64,000 bases of DNA from Gammaproteobacteria bacterium (GTDB lineage Bacteria; Pseudomonadota; Gammaproteobacteria; Pseudomonadales; Azotimanducaceae): NCBI GenBank assembly GCA_038106185.1, contig JAYODE010000002.1, positions 166,282 through 230,281 of the forward strand, written 5' to 3'. Of the stretch, positions 39,483 to 49,338 are shown piece by piece. The position numbers and the translations under genes are program-made. Below the pieces are notes generated by a model, which saw only the letters and a list, made by a program, of their open reading frames with translations, had not been told where the DNA came from and did not search any database. How positions within the stretch are numbered: position 1 is the first letter of the stretch; each line of letters starts with the position of its first letter.

Positions 39483-39511
39483 CTGGTACAACCTTCAGCG
39501 CGGCGACACTT

Positions 39512-40888
39512 TTGGCTATAGCAATCGACGACATCAATACCGCGAACCTCAAGGTCCCGCCTCATTCCCTTGAGGCTGAGCGTTCGGTGCTCGGGGGTCT
39601 CATGCTTGACGAGCAGGCCTTTGACCATATTTCCGGACTGGTGACCGCCGATGACTTCTATCGTAGCGATCACCGCGTCATCTTTCGCTGTATGGAAAGC
39701 ATGGTAGAGCAGAACAAACCGCTGGATATCATTACGATTTCTGAGGCGCTGAGCGCCGTTAATGAGCTCAGCAACGTGGGGGGTATCGCCTACTTATCTG
39801 ACCTTGCCAACAGTATCCCTACGACCTCAAATATCCGCGCCTATGCCACCATAGTTGTTGAGCGAGCAACCGTTCGCAAGCTGATCTCGGTCGCCCACGA
39901 AATCGCCGACAGCGGCTTTAATCCCGATGGTCGAGACAGTGCAACGCTTATTGATCTGGCAGAATCCAAAGTCTTTCAAATCGGTGATTCTCGTCCCAGC
40001 ACCGGTGGCCCTCAAACGGTTCGCAGCGTATTGACCAAGGCTGTCGAGCGGATCGATGAGCTGTTCCAGACGAAAGGCGCTCTGACGGGCCTTAGTACCG
40101 GTTTTCGGGACATCGATGATATGACCATGGGTCTGCAGAAGGGTGATCTGGTGATTGTGGCGGGTCGACCTTCGATGGGAAAAACCAGTTTTGCGATGAA
40201 TATCGCTGAAAATGCGGCCATTGCCGGAGATAAACCCGTGCTGGTGTTCAGTATGGAAATGCCAGCCGATTCATTGATCATGCGAATGTTGTCATCGCTT
40301 GGACGAATCGATCAGTCAAAAATTCGAAGTGGGCAATTGAGCGACGAAGATTGGCCAAGGCTGACATCAGCGGTCACTTTGTTAAACGACAAGCCCTTGT
40401 TTATAGACGACACAGCGGCTCTATCGCCCACAGAGATTCGTTCTCGAAGCCGTCGAATTGCTCGAGAACACGGTCCCATCGGGTTGATCGTGGTGGATTA
40501 TTTACAGTTAATGCAGGTGACGGGTGGCTCGGAAAATCGCGCGACTGAAATCTCTGAAATCTCTCGAGGACTCAAGGGTATCGCGAAGGAGTTTGAATGC
40601 CCGTTGATTGCACTGTCACAATTAAATCGAGGCTTGGAGCAGCGACCTGACAAACGCCCGATCATGTCTGACCTTCGAGAGTCTGGCGCGATTGAGCAGG
40701 ATGCTGATGTCATTTTGGCGATCTATCGCGATGAGGTTTATCACGAAGATGCGGAAAAAGGGGTTGCCGAGGCGATTATTCTAAAACAGCGAAATGGACC
40801 CATTGGTCGAAAAAAACTCGCATTTATTGGCCAATACACCAAGTTTGAGGATTTGGCTCAAGGCTATGATGACTATATGTACGAGTAG
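39512..40888 (+). CDS. dnaB: Replicative DNA helicase
   Basis: 458 aa with N-terminal PPHSLEAERSVLGG, Walker A GRPSMGKTSF and VVDYLQLM. TTG is the only in-frame start that keeps the conserved N-terminus. Confidence 0.92.
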   Translation: MAIAIDDINTANLKVPPHSLEAERSVLGGLMLDEQAFDHISGLVTADDFYRSDHRVIFRCMESMVEQNKPLDIITISEALSAVNELSNVGGIAYLSDLANSIPTTSNIRAYATIVVERATVRKLISVAHEIADSGFNPDGRDSATLIDLAESKVFQIGDSRPSTGGPQTVRSVLTKAVERIDELFQTKGALTGLSTGFRDIDDMTMGLQKGDLVIVAGRPSMGKTSFAMNIAENAAIAGDKPVLVFSMEMPADSLIMRMLSSLGRIDQSKIRSGQLSDEDWPRLTSAVTLLNDKPLFIDDTAALSPTEIRSRSRRIAREHGPIGLIVVDYLQLMQVTGGSENRATEISEISRGLKGIAKEFECPLIALSQLNRGLEQRPDKRPIMSDLRESGAIEQDADVILAIYRDEVYHEDAEKGVAEAIILKQRNGPIGRKKLAFIGQYTKFEDLAQGYDDYMYE

Positions 40889-40928
40889 TCTGGGTGTGTC
40901 CTTCAATTGATGCAGGTCGCTGACCAAC

Positions 40929-41984
40929 ATGAGTAGTATTCCAATCGCGAAAATCCATTTGCGCGCGATCCAGCATAATCTGGATTTAGCCCGTAGCCGG
41001 GCACCCGGCAGTCATTTATTGGCGATGGTGAAAGGCAATGCCTATGGCCATGGCGTACTGGAATTAGCCCCTCGACTTCAAGGCGTTGATGCCTTTGGAG
41101 TGGCTCGAGTAGATGAGGGCCAGCGATTGCGCGCTCTGGGTGTTAAGCAGCCCATTGTCGTCTTGCATGGTTTTAATGATCGACAGGAACTCGAGGCCTG
41201 CCGAAAAGATGCATTAACACCGACCCTGCATAGTCCGCATCAGGTGGACTTGCTGTCGATGCACCAAGGTCAAGACTTACCGGTTTGGCTCAAGCTCGAC
41301 ACTGGGATGCATCGACTCGGATTGTCACCTGCTGACTTTAAGGCCATCATCGCCCGCCGTGTTTGCAATGTAACCTGCATCATGAGCCATTTGGCGAACT
41401 CCGATCAGCTTGGACATCCCTTAAATGAAGCCCAGCTTGCGTTATTTGAAGCCCTGACAAAGGACTTGGGCATACCTCGCAGTCTGGCAAATTCAGGAGC
41501 TATTCTGACTTGGCCGAGTAGCCATTTTGAATGGATTCGTCCCGGGATCATGCTCTATGGTTGCTCGCCATTTGGTGATGATGCCACGAGTGGTCTGCAG
41601 CCGGCGATGACACTGACGGCACCGGTGCTTGCCGTGCACAGAGTAGCGGCTGGTGACGCCATAGGCTATGGCGGCATCTGGCGCGCACCGAAAAGTACTC
41701 GAATAGCGGTATTGGGTATCGGCTATGCGGATGGCTACCCGAGAGAAGTCCCGGCGCAGATGCCAGTGTGGATTGCCGGTCAGCGACGGCCGATTGTCGG
41801 TCGAGTGTCGATGGATACTCTGATGGTCGATATCGGCGATTTGGAGGTCGCGCCAAATGAGCGCGCAGAGATGTGGGGGCGGTCACTGCCCGTGGAAGAG
41901 TTAGCGGTACTGATGGGTACCATCGGCTATACATTACTGTCTCGACTCACGCCGCGTGTGCATCGTGAGCTGAGCGATGAGTGA
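40929..41984 (+). CDS. alr: Alanine racemase
   Basis: 351 aa with the PLP-lysine motif VKGNAYGHG and the SHLA motif. It lies downstream of dnaB, as in Pseudomonas. Confidence 0.9.
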   Translation: MSSIPIAKIHLRAIQHNLDLARSRAPGSHLLAMVKGNAYGHGVLELAPRLQGVDAFGVARVDEGQRLRALGVKQPIVVLHGFNDRQELEACRKDALTPTLHSPHQVDLLSMHQGQDLPVWLKLDTGMHRLGLSPADFKAIIARRVCNVTCIMSHLANSDQLGHPLNEAQLALFEALTKDLGIPRSLANSGAILTWPSSHFEWIRPGIMLYGCSPFGDDATSGLQPAMTLTAPVLAVHRVAAGDAIGYGGIWRAPKSTRIAVLGIGYADGYPREVPAQMPVWIAGQRRPIVGRVSMDTLMVDIGDLEVAPNERAEMWGRSLPVEELAVLMGTIGYTLLSRLTPRVHRELSDE

Positions 41985-42043
41985 GTACTTACAACTCTTG
42001 CAGGCAATGCTAAACCCTTGAATTGACAATAGAGACGGCATCG

Positions 42044-43405
42044 ATGGCCAAGTCAAAAACAGTGTATGTCTGCGGTGATTGTGGCGCTGAGAGCGCCAAA
42101 TGGCAGGGTCAGTGTAGCGACTGCAAGGCTTGGAACACCCTGACTCGACTATCGATTGAAGACACGGCTCGTAGCGTTAGAAAGCAGGGCTTCGCCGGGC
42201 AATTGGCCGTGGCCAGCATCCTCGGGGAAGTTTCAGCGCACGACGTTCCACGCCTCGCATCCGGCTCCAGTGAATTTGATCGCGTGCTAGGGGGAGGGCT
42301 GGTACCTGGCTCAGCCGTCCTCATTTCTGGCAGTCCTGGTGCAGGCAAGAGCACCTTGCTGATTCAAACCCTGTGTAAACTTGCCGAGCAGCACTCAGCG
42401 CTGTACGTCACCGGTGAGGAAAGCCTCGCTCAGATTGCCATGCGGGCGCGAAGGTTACAGTTACCCGTCGACAAGCTGAATGTTATGGCGCAGACCAATG
42501 TCGAGGCGATTTGCGCGACATGGGATGAGATGCAGCCCAAACTCATTGTTATTGATTCGATCCAGGTCATGTACCTGGACAGTGTTGAGTCTGCTCCCGG
42601 CGGAGTCGCCCAGGTCCGTGAAAGTGCCGCCCTGTTGATCCAGCAGGCTAAGCGAACTGACACGATTCTGCTGCTGGTCGGCCATGTCACCAAAGAAGGG
42701 AATCTTGCCGGACCTCGGGTTCTGGAACATATGATTGACTGTTTTGTCATGCTGGAAGGTGAGAATGACAGCCGTTATCGTACTCTGCGAGCAAGCAAAA
42801 ATCGGTTTGGTGCTGTGAATGAGCTGGGCATCTTCGCCATGACGGAGAAGGGCCTGGTGGAGGTTTCAAATCCGTCGGCGATCTTTCTGTCCCGAGGCGA
42901 GGCAGCGACCCCCGGCAGCATTGTAATGGTCGTCTGGGAAGGAACGCGACCCTTGCTGGTGGAAGCTCAGGCGCTAGTGGATGCCAGTGCCCTGGGTAAC
43001 CCTCGGCGAGTGGCAGTGGGTTTTGAGCAAAATCGCTTGGCGATGCTGTTAGCCGTGTTGCATCGTCACGGCGGACTGCAGGTGGGTGACCAGGATGTGT
43101 TCGTAAATGCCGTCGGCGGCATTCGTGTGACAGAAACCAGCAGTGATCTGGCGCTGCTGTTGGCGGTCGTCTCCAGCTTTCGAGACAAGGCGCTACCCAT
43201 GGATCTCGTCTGCTTCGGTGAAGTGGGCCTGTCGGGAGAAATTCGACCGGTACCAAACGGCCAGGACCGACTGCGGGAGGCTGCCAAGCATGGCTTTCGA
43301 CACGCTATCGTGCCCAAAGCCAATCTGCCGAAACAGCCTATAAAGGGCATGCAGATCACCGGCGTCAGCAAGCTTCAGGAGGCGTTGTTGGCCATTGGTG
43401 CCTGA
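42044..43405 (+). CDS. radA: DNA repair protein RadA (Sms)
   Basis: From ATG 42044 it reads MAKSKTVYVCGDCGAES...CSDC (zinc ribbon). It has Walker A GSPGAGKST, the KNRFG motif and a Lon-like C-terminus. Confidence 0.92.
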   Translation: MAKSKTVYVCGDCGAESAKWQGQCSDCKAWNTLTRLSIEDTARSVRKQGFAGQLAVASILGEVSAHDVPRLASGSSEFDRVLGGGLVPGSAVLISGSPGAGKSTLLIQTLCKLAEQHSALYVTGEESLAQIAMRARRLQLPVDKLNVMAQTNVEAICATWDEMQPKLIVIDSIQVMYLDSVESAPGGVAQVRESAALLIQQAKRTDTILLLVGHVTKEGNLAGPRVLEHMIDCFVMLEGENDSRYRTLRASKNRFGAVNELGIFAMTEKGLVEVSNPSAIFLSRGEAATPGSIVMVVWEGTRPLLVEAQALVDASALGNPRRVAVGFEQNRLAMLLAVLHRHGGLQVGDQDVFVNAVGGIRVTETSSDLALLLAVVSSFRDKALPMDLVCFGEVGLSGEIRPVPNGQDRLREAAKHGFRHAIVPKANLPKQPIKGMQITGVSKLQEALLAIGA

Positions 43406-43428
43406 AGCCGCACGCCGCGTCACCAGCT

Positions 43429-45093
43429 TTAGGCAAGTTTCTTATACTTTACCCGTGTCGGGCCCTTGTCACCCTGGCGCTTGCGATAGTCTTCCTCATA
43501 CTCAGTATAGTTGCCATCAAACCAGACAGCCCGGCTATCCCCCTCAAAGGCGAGAATGTGGGTGGCAATCCGATCGAGGAACCAGCGATCATGAGAAATG
43601 ACCATCAGGGTACCCGGATAGGCTTCGATCGCAGTCTCCAGTGAGCGCAGAGTCTCGACATCCAGATCATTAGTGGGCTCGTCGAGCAGCAAAAAGTTCG
43701 CGCCTTTTTTAAGCAGCTTCGCCAGATGGACCCGATTACGTTCACCACCGGAGAGGTTTTTCACCAACTTTTGCTGGTCGCCGCCCTTGAAGTTGAAGCG
43801 GCTGACGTAGCCGCGAGACTGCGTCTCATAACGACCGATTTGAATGATCTCACTGCCTTCTGAAATTTCTTCCCATACATTTTTGTCGTCAGAAAGACTG
43901 TCACGGTTTTGATCGACGTGGCCAAGAACGACTGTCTCGCCCAGGCGCACAGTGCCACTATCAGGCTGATCGGTGCCGCTGATCATTCTGAACAGAGTAG
44001 ATTTACCAGCACCGTTGCCGCCGATAATGCCGACGATCGCACCCTTAGGGACACTAAAACTCAAATCGTCGATGAGCAGTTGATCGCCATAACCCTTGCT
44101 GACGTTTTCGACTTCCAGAATGATATCGCCCAATCTGGGACCGGGTGGAATATACAGCTCCAGCGTTTCATTGCGACGCTGAAATTCTTGCGCATTGAGT
44201 TCTTCAAAGCGTGCCAGGCGCGCTCGATTCTTGGCATGTCGAGCCTTGGGTTGGCTTCTGACCCATTCAAGTTCAGCCTTGATGGTCTTTTGCCGTGCCC
44301 CTTCACGTTTCTCTTCCATTTCCAGGCGACGGTCCTTGTCTTCGAGCCATGCAGAGTAGTTTCCTTCAAAGGGAATCCCATAACCGCGATCCAGCTCCAG
44401 AATCCAGCCGGCAGCATTATCGAGAAAGTAACGGTCGTGAGTAATCGCAACAACTGTGCCGGGAAAATCCTGCAAAAAGCGCTCAAGCCAGGCAACACTT
44501 TCGGCATCCAGATGGTTCGTGGGTTCATCCAGCAGCAACATGTCGGGATTTGACAGCAGCAGGCGGCACAGCGCGACTCGACGCCTCTCTCCACCCGACA
44601 GAGTTGTGACATCGGCATCAAATGGCGGCAGACGGAGGGCATCGGCGGCAATGTTAAGCTTTCTCTCCAGATCCCAGCCATCCGCGGCATCGATTTTGAG
44701 CTGTAATTCTCCTTGTTGCTCGAGGAGATCATTCATCTCGTTATCCGACATGGGTTCTGCGAATTTGTCACTGATGGCGTTGAAGGCATCGATGAGATCT
44801 TTAAGTTCCCTGACACCGTCCTCCACATTGCCGCGGACGTCGCGACTCGCATCCAGTTCCGGTTCCTGTGACAAATAACCAATTTTCAGGTTCGGTTGGG
44901 GTCGGGCCTCACCCAGAATCTCCTGGTCAAGACCCGCCATGATTTTCAATAGTGTCGATTTACCTGAGCCATTGAGACCCAGTACGCCAATTTTTGCGCC
45001 GGGGAAAAACGACAGAGAGATGTCCTTGAGAATCACGCGATTGGGCGGAACGACCTTGCCGACGCGCGACATGGTGAATACGTACTGTGCCAT
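43429..45093 (-). CDS. ettA: Energy-dependent translational throttle protein EttA (ABC-F)
   Basis: 554 aa with two ABC cassettes (GLNGSGKST/LSGGERRR and GGNGAGKST/LSGGERNR) and no TMD. The N-terminal MAQYVFTMSRVGKVVPP is typical of EttA. Confidence 0.93.
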   Translation of the reverse strand: MAQYVFTMSRVGKVVPPNRVILKDISLSFFPGAKIGVLGLNGSGKSTLLKIMAGLDQEILGEARPQPNLKIGYLSQEPELDASRDVRGNVEDGVRELKDLIDAFNAISDKFAEPMSDNEMNDLLEQQGELQLKIDAADGWDLERKLNIAADALRLPPFDADVTTLSGGERRRVALCRLLLSNPDMLLLDEPTNHLDAESVAWLERFLQDFPGTVVAITHDRYFLDNAAGWILELDRGYGIPFEGNYSAWLEDKDRRLEMEEKREGARQKTIKAELEWVRSQPKARHAKNRARLARFEELNAQEFQRRNETLELYIPPGPRLGDIILEVENVSKGYGDQLLIDDLSFSVPKGAIVGIIGGNGAGKSTLFRMISGTDQPDSGTVRLGETVVLGHVDQNRDSLSDDKNVWEEISEGSEIIQIGRYETQSRGYVSRFNFKGGDQQKLVKNLSGGERNRVHLAKLLKKGANFLLLDEPTNDLDVETLRSLETAIEAYPGTLMVISHDRWFLDRIATHILAFEGDSRAVWFDGNYTEYEEDYRKRQGDKGPTRVKYKKLA

Positions 45094-45213
45094 GAATGTT
45101 CGACCTAAAAAGCTGTCAGTTTAACAGATACGTCGAGGGATGTTTCAAGGGATCGGTGCCAGCCGTAGTGGATTAGAGTAGAATAGCGTTTTTTCCAAGC
45201 AGCGAAGCCTATT

Positions 45214-45684
45214 GTGCATTGCCCCTTCTGTAGTCACAGTGAGACCAAGGTGATTGATTCCCGTCTGGTGGCCGACGGCGATCAGATCAGGCGTCGGCGC
45301 GAATGTCTGGAATGTGGAGAGCGATTCACCACCTTTGAGTCGGCAGAGCTGTTGTTGCCGCGGGTGATCAAGAGTAATGGCAGTCGTCAGCCATTTGATG
45401 AAGCCAAGCTGCGTAGCGGAATCCTTCGAGCCATTGAAAAACGCCCTGTCAGTCTCGATCGAGTAGAGTCCACAATCAATCGCATCAAGCATCGACTGCG
45501 GGCCACCGGTGAACCTGAGGTGAATACTCGAGATGTCGGTGAATTGGTCATGGAGGAGCTGCGAGAACTGGACGACGTAGCCTACGTTCGATTTGCCTCT
45601 GTCTATCGAAGCTTTCAAGACGTTAATGAATTCCGGGAAGAAATAGAACGCCTGGATGCTGGCAAGACTAACCGCGGCGAGTGA
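45214..45684 (+). CDS. nrdR: Transcriptional repressor NrdR
   Basis: [17 protein letters not shown]...[10 protein letters not shown] forms a zinc ribbon, followed by an ATP-cone. GTG start. Confidence 0.95.
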   Translation: MHCPFCSHSETKVIDSRLVADGDQIRRRRECLECGERFTTFESAELLLPRVIKSNGSRQPFDEAKLRSGILRAIEKRPVSLDRVESTINRIKHRLRATGEPEVNTRDVGELVMEELRELDDVAYVRFASVYRSFQDVNEFREEIERLDAGKTNRGE

Positions 45685-45691
45685 CTCCAGC

Positions 45692-46807
45692 ATGAACCAC
45701 GAGACTCTGATGGCAGAGGCACTTCGAGAGGCTGAACGCGGCCTCTATACGGCGCAGCCAAATCCGCGGGTCGGATGTGTTCTCGCGAAGGATGGTCGAG
45801 TGATTGCTCGAGGTTTTCACCGTCAGACAGGACAGGGTCACGCGGAAGCTAACGCTTTGGCGTCTGCGGGTAACTCAGCGCAAGGCGCGACGGCTTATGT
45901 GACGCTCGAGCCCTGCAGTTTTGTTGGTCGCACGCCAGCCTGCGCTGCAAGCCTGATCAAAGCCGGAGTCAAGACTGTCGTCTATGCCATGACCGACCCG
46001 CATCCCGGTAATCGCGGCAAGGGACTTGAGATGTTGGTTGCCGCCGGTATTGAAGTCATAGGTCCAGTTCTGGAGGCATCCGCACAGAGACTGAATCCAG
46101 GGCATGTCAAACGCTATGCAACAGGTTTGCCCTATGTTCGCCTGAAGCTGGCGATGAGTCTTGATGGAAAAACTGCGCTGGCCAATGGCCAAAGTCAGTG
46201 GATCACTGGAACTGCGGCCAGGCAGGATGTACAGCGTTTACGTGCCCGTAGTTCCGCGATTGTGACGGGTGTGGAGACCGTGATTGCCGATGACCCGGCC
46301 TTGACGGTTCGAGCGGCAGACTTGGGTATTGAGTTTGCTGAACTCGCCGCCAGCATTCCACGACCTATCGTCGTCATGGACAGTAATCTGCGCATCCCTT
46401 TGACAGCGAAACTCTTGAAGTTGCCTCAGAGCCGAGTCGCCTGCGGCAGCGATCGAGTTGCCACAGCGCCGGCCAATTTGCCAGTGCTGGGTCTCGAGCG
46501 GCGCGCGGATGGTCGGTTGGATATCCACGACTTGCTGGTTAAATTGGGTGCGATGGATTGTAATGAGGTCTTATTCGAGTGCGGTGCAACCCTGGCTGGC
46601 ACGCTGCTGCAATCGGGGCTGCTAGACGAGATTGTGATGTATATTGCGCCGCGAATGATGGGTCAAGACGCTCGGTCGTTACTAAACATCCCGACAATTG
46701 ATACTATGGACGACCTGATAACACTAAACATGCTGGACGTTCGTCGAGTTGGTCAGGATTTGCGCCTGACAATCCAACCAATAAGTTCGTCTGTCGAAGA
46801 TGATTGA
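45692..46807 (+). CDS. ribD: Bifunctional riboflavin biosynthesis deaminase/reductase
   Basis: CMP/dCMP deaminase zinc motifs HAEANAL and PCSFVGRTPAC, plus a C-terminal reductase domain. I prefer ATG 45692, which lies after the nrdR stop. Confidence 0.9.
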   Translation: MNHETLMAEALREAERGLYTAQPNPRVGCVLAKDGRVIARGFHRQTGQGHAEANALASAGNSAQGATAYVTLEPCSFVGRTPACAASLIKAGVKTVVYAMTDPHPGNRGKGLEMLVAAGIEVIGPVLEASAQRLNPGHVKRYATGLPYVRLKLAMSLDGKTALANGQSQWITGTAARQDVQRLRARSSAIVTGVETVIADDPALTVRAADLGIEFAELAASIPRPIVVMDSNLRIPLTAKLLKLPQSRVACGSDRVATAPANLPVLGLERRADGRLDIHDLLVKLGAMDCNEVLFECGATLAGTLLQSGLLDEIVMYIAPRMMGQDARSLLNIPTIDTMDDLITLNMLDVRRVGQDLRLTIQPISSSVEDD

Positions 46808-46828
46808 AAACCAGACACAGGAAAATCT

Positions 46829-47296
46829 ATGAGCACTGTAATAGAAGGAGATTTCTCGGCGAGTGATGCAAAATTTGCGATCATCGTCGCGAGATTCAAT
46901 GGATTTGTCGTTGAGGGCCTTTTGGCGGGCGCACTGGATACTTTAAAGCGTCATGGCATTGCCGATGATAATATCACCATTGTTCGAGTGCCTGGCGCTT
47001 TCGAGATGCCTTTAGCCACTCAGGCAGTGGCGGAGAAAGGCGAGCATGACGCGATCCTAACCCTTGGCGCTGTGATTCGTGGTGGTACTCCCCACTTTGA
47101 ATATGTTGCCGGTGAATGTGCCAGCGGTATTGCCCATCTTGCTTTGGCTAACTCGGTGCCCATCGCCTTTGGTGTATTGACAACCGATACCATTGAACAG
47201 GCAATTGAACGCTCCGGTACCAAGGCGGGCAACAAGGGTGTAGATGCGGCCATGACGGCGCTCGAAATGGTCAGTTTAATGCGGCGACTGGCGTGA
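46829..47296 (+). CDS. ribH: 6,7-dimethyl-8-ribityllumazine synthase
   Basis: 155 aa with motifs [31 protein letters not shown] and GTKAGNKG. Confidence 0.92.
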   Translation: MSTVIEGDFSASDAKFAIIVARFNGFVVEGLLAGALDTLKRHGIADDNITIVRVPGAFEMPLATQAVAEKGEHDAILTLGAVIRGGTPHFEYVAGECASGIAHLALANSVPIAFGVLTTDTIEQAIERSGTKAGNKGVDAAMTALEMVSLMRRLA

Positions 47297-47814
47297 ACAA
47301 CAAAGACCTTGAAGCGCTCGGCCCAGGTCTGAACCCGCCGGGCTCAAAGCGTGTGCCTGGGTCTAATCCGGTCGCGAAAAATGTAGCTAAGACGCCATCT
47401 GCGAGAAGCAAGGCGCGGCGTTTTGCCCTGCAAGCCCATTACCAAATTCAGCTGAGTGATTGTTCTGTGGCATCTGTAGAGTCCCAATTTCTCCAGGACC
47501 ACGATATGAAACGGGTGGATACCGAGTATTTTCACGACCTCTTGTCGGGGACTTCGGTGCACAGGCAAGCGCTGATTGGACTTATCACGCCAACCCTGGA
47601 TCGGTCCTTTGAGTCGCTGGATCCAATCGAGAAGGCCATATTGTTTATTGGTTGTTTCGAGCTGGTGCATCGCATCGACGTGCCCTATCGGGTCGTGATC
47701 AATGAGGGCATTGAGCTGGCGCGGCAATTTGGCGCCACTGAAAGTCATAAGTATATCAACTCCATCCTGGATCGATTGGCGAAGGATCATAGAGCCAGTG
47801 AACGTGGCCGCTAA
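47293..47814 (+). CDS. nusB: Transcription antitermination factor NusB
   Basis: 173 aa. The NusB core starts at [15 protein letters not shown], preceded by a Pro/Gly/Lys-rich N-terminal extension as in Pseudomonas. GTG overlaps the ribH stop, and GTG 47353 is an alternative start. Confidence 0.88.
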   Translation: MNNKDLEALGPGLNPPGSKRVPGSNPVAKNVAKTPSARSKARRFALQAHYQIQLSDCSVASVESQFLQDHDMKRVDTEYFHDLLSGTSVHRQALIGLITPTLDRSFESLDPIEKAILFIGCFELVHRIDVPYRVVINEGIELARQFGATESHKYINSILDRLAKDHRASERGR

Positions 47815-47849
47815 GGCTGGCGAGAAGGACATGACTTGATGCTGTTCCA

Positions 47850-48821
47850 ATGACTGATCCGCGTCGAGAATTTGCGATAATCGACCAATACTTTGCGGGG
47901 TTGATCACGACAACCAGTCCTGAAATTCGGCTGGGCCCCGGAGATGACTGCGGCATATTCAGCGTTCCGAGGGGTGCAGAGGTGTGTATATCCACCGATA
48001 CGCTGACGGCGGGCGTGCACTTTCCACCAGACGCCGCACCGGCAGTTGTGGCCCACCGTGCACTGGTTGCTAACCTGAGTGATTTGGCGGCCATGGGAGC
48101 CTGCCCTTTAACCTGTACATTGGCATTGACCCTGGACGCCAAGTCCGCGACAGACTCGTGGCTCGCCCCCTTTGCCGAGCGGCTTCGACAACTGATCGCC
48201 GAGTATGCCATCCCGCTCATAGGAGGTAACCTTTCCCACGGCCCTCTGTCATTGACATTCACGGTGCTGGGTACGGTACCCGAGGGCCGAGCGCTGCGTC
48301 GAGACGGCGCGCAGCTGGGCGACGATGTCTATATTACTGGCTATCCGGGTGATGCAGCGGGGGGCTTGGCCCAGCTGCAAAAAGCAGATGGCCCGCCGGC
48401 GCAGGCGTTGCTGAACCGGTATCAATATCCCACTCCAAGGCTGGCGACGGCTCTGGCATTGCGAGGCATCGCCAGCAGCGCGATTGATATCTCTGATGGC
48501 TTGCTGGCCGACCTGGAACACATCAGTGAGCGTAGTCATGTGGGAATTGAAATTGGTCTGGACCGACTGCCCTTGTCCAGCGCCCTCACTGAAAGTTTTG
48601 AGGTGGCGCAGTGTCGAGAGTTTGCGTTGGCCGGAGGTGACGACTATGAGCTGGGCTTTACGGCAAGTGTGGCTCATCGCGAGGCAATTTCCGCAGTTGA
48701 GCGATCAACTCAAGTGCCGATCACTCGAATAGGTCGAGTGGTTGATAGCGGTCAGGTTCAGGTCGTCGACGCGAGTGGACGGGTGGTGCCTTTAAATTAT
48801 CGCGGTTACAGCCATTTTTGA
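47850..48821 (+). CDS. thiL: Thiamine-monophosphate kinase
   Basis: 323 aa with the AIR-synthase-like fold motifs GPGDDCG, TDTLTAGVHF and GGDDYEL. Confidence 0.9.
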   Translation: MTDPRREFAIIDQYFAGLITTTSPEIRLGPGDDCGIFSVPRGAEVCISTDTLTAGVHFPPDAAPAVVAHRALVANLSDLAAMGACPLTCTLALTLDAKSATDSWLAPFAERLRQLIAEYAIPLIGGNLSHGPLSLTFTVLGTVPEGRALRRDGAQLGDDVYITGYPGDAAGGLAQLQKADGPPAQALLNRYQYPTPRLATALALRGIASSAIDISDGLLADLEHISERSHVGIEIGLDRLPLSSALTESFEVAQCREFALAGGDDYELGFTASVAHREAISAVERSTQVPITRIGRVVDSGQVQVVDASGRVVPLNYRGYSHF

Positions 48822-48832
48822 GGCTCAAAGTC

Positions 48833-49318
48833 ATGACGCCACGAAATTATAAAGCCCTGACGAATCCCTGGCATTTGCTGGCCACAGGCTTTGGCAGTGG
48901 CCTGGTGAGAAAAGCACCGGGAACTGTCGGTAGTCTGCTGGCCCTTGTGTTTTGGATACCGCTGCAGGCTCAGTCACCCCTTGTCTACAGTCTTTTTGTG
49001 CTGGCCTGCATACCCTTTGGCGTCTGGCTGTGCGGTCGAGTCGCGAGCGAGATGCAGGTAAAGGACCCGGCGTGCATTGTATTCGATGAGTTTGTCGGTA
49101 TCTGGGTGGCCTTGTTCCTGTTGCCGGCTGGCTGGTACTGGCTGCTCATCGGTTTCGTGCTGTTTCGAGGGTTTGATATTCTCAAGCCATGGCCGGTCAA
49201 TTGGCTTGACCAACGCCTGCCCGGAGGTTGGGGCATTATGCTCGACGATGTGGCGGCGGGGCTCTACAGCCTTCTGGTTATTCAGGTCTTGGCTTACGCC
49301 CTTGGCTGGCTGAAGTGA
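48833..49318 (+). CDS. pgpA: Phosphatidylglycerophosphatase A
   Basis: NPWHLLATGFGSG and the ILKPWP motif. I prefer ATG 48833, which has a GAGG Shine-Dalgarno. TTG 48818, overlapping the thiL stop, is the alternative. Confidence 0.85.
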   Translation: MTPRNYKALTNPWHLLATGFGSGLVRKAPGTVGSLLALVFWIPLQAQSPLVYSLFVLACIPFGVWLCGRVASEMQVKDPACIVFDEFVGIWVALFLLPAGWYWLLIGFVLFRGFDILKPWPVNWLDQRLPGGWGIMLDDVAAGLYSLLVIQVLAYALGWLK

Positions 49319-49338
49319 ATAACGCTGGTTGGCTCGCG

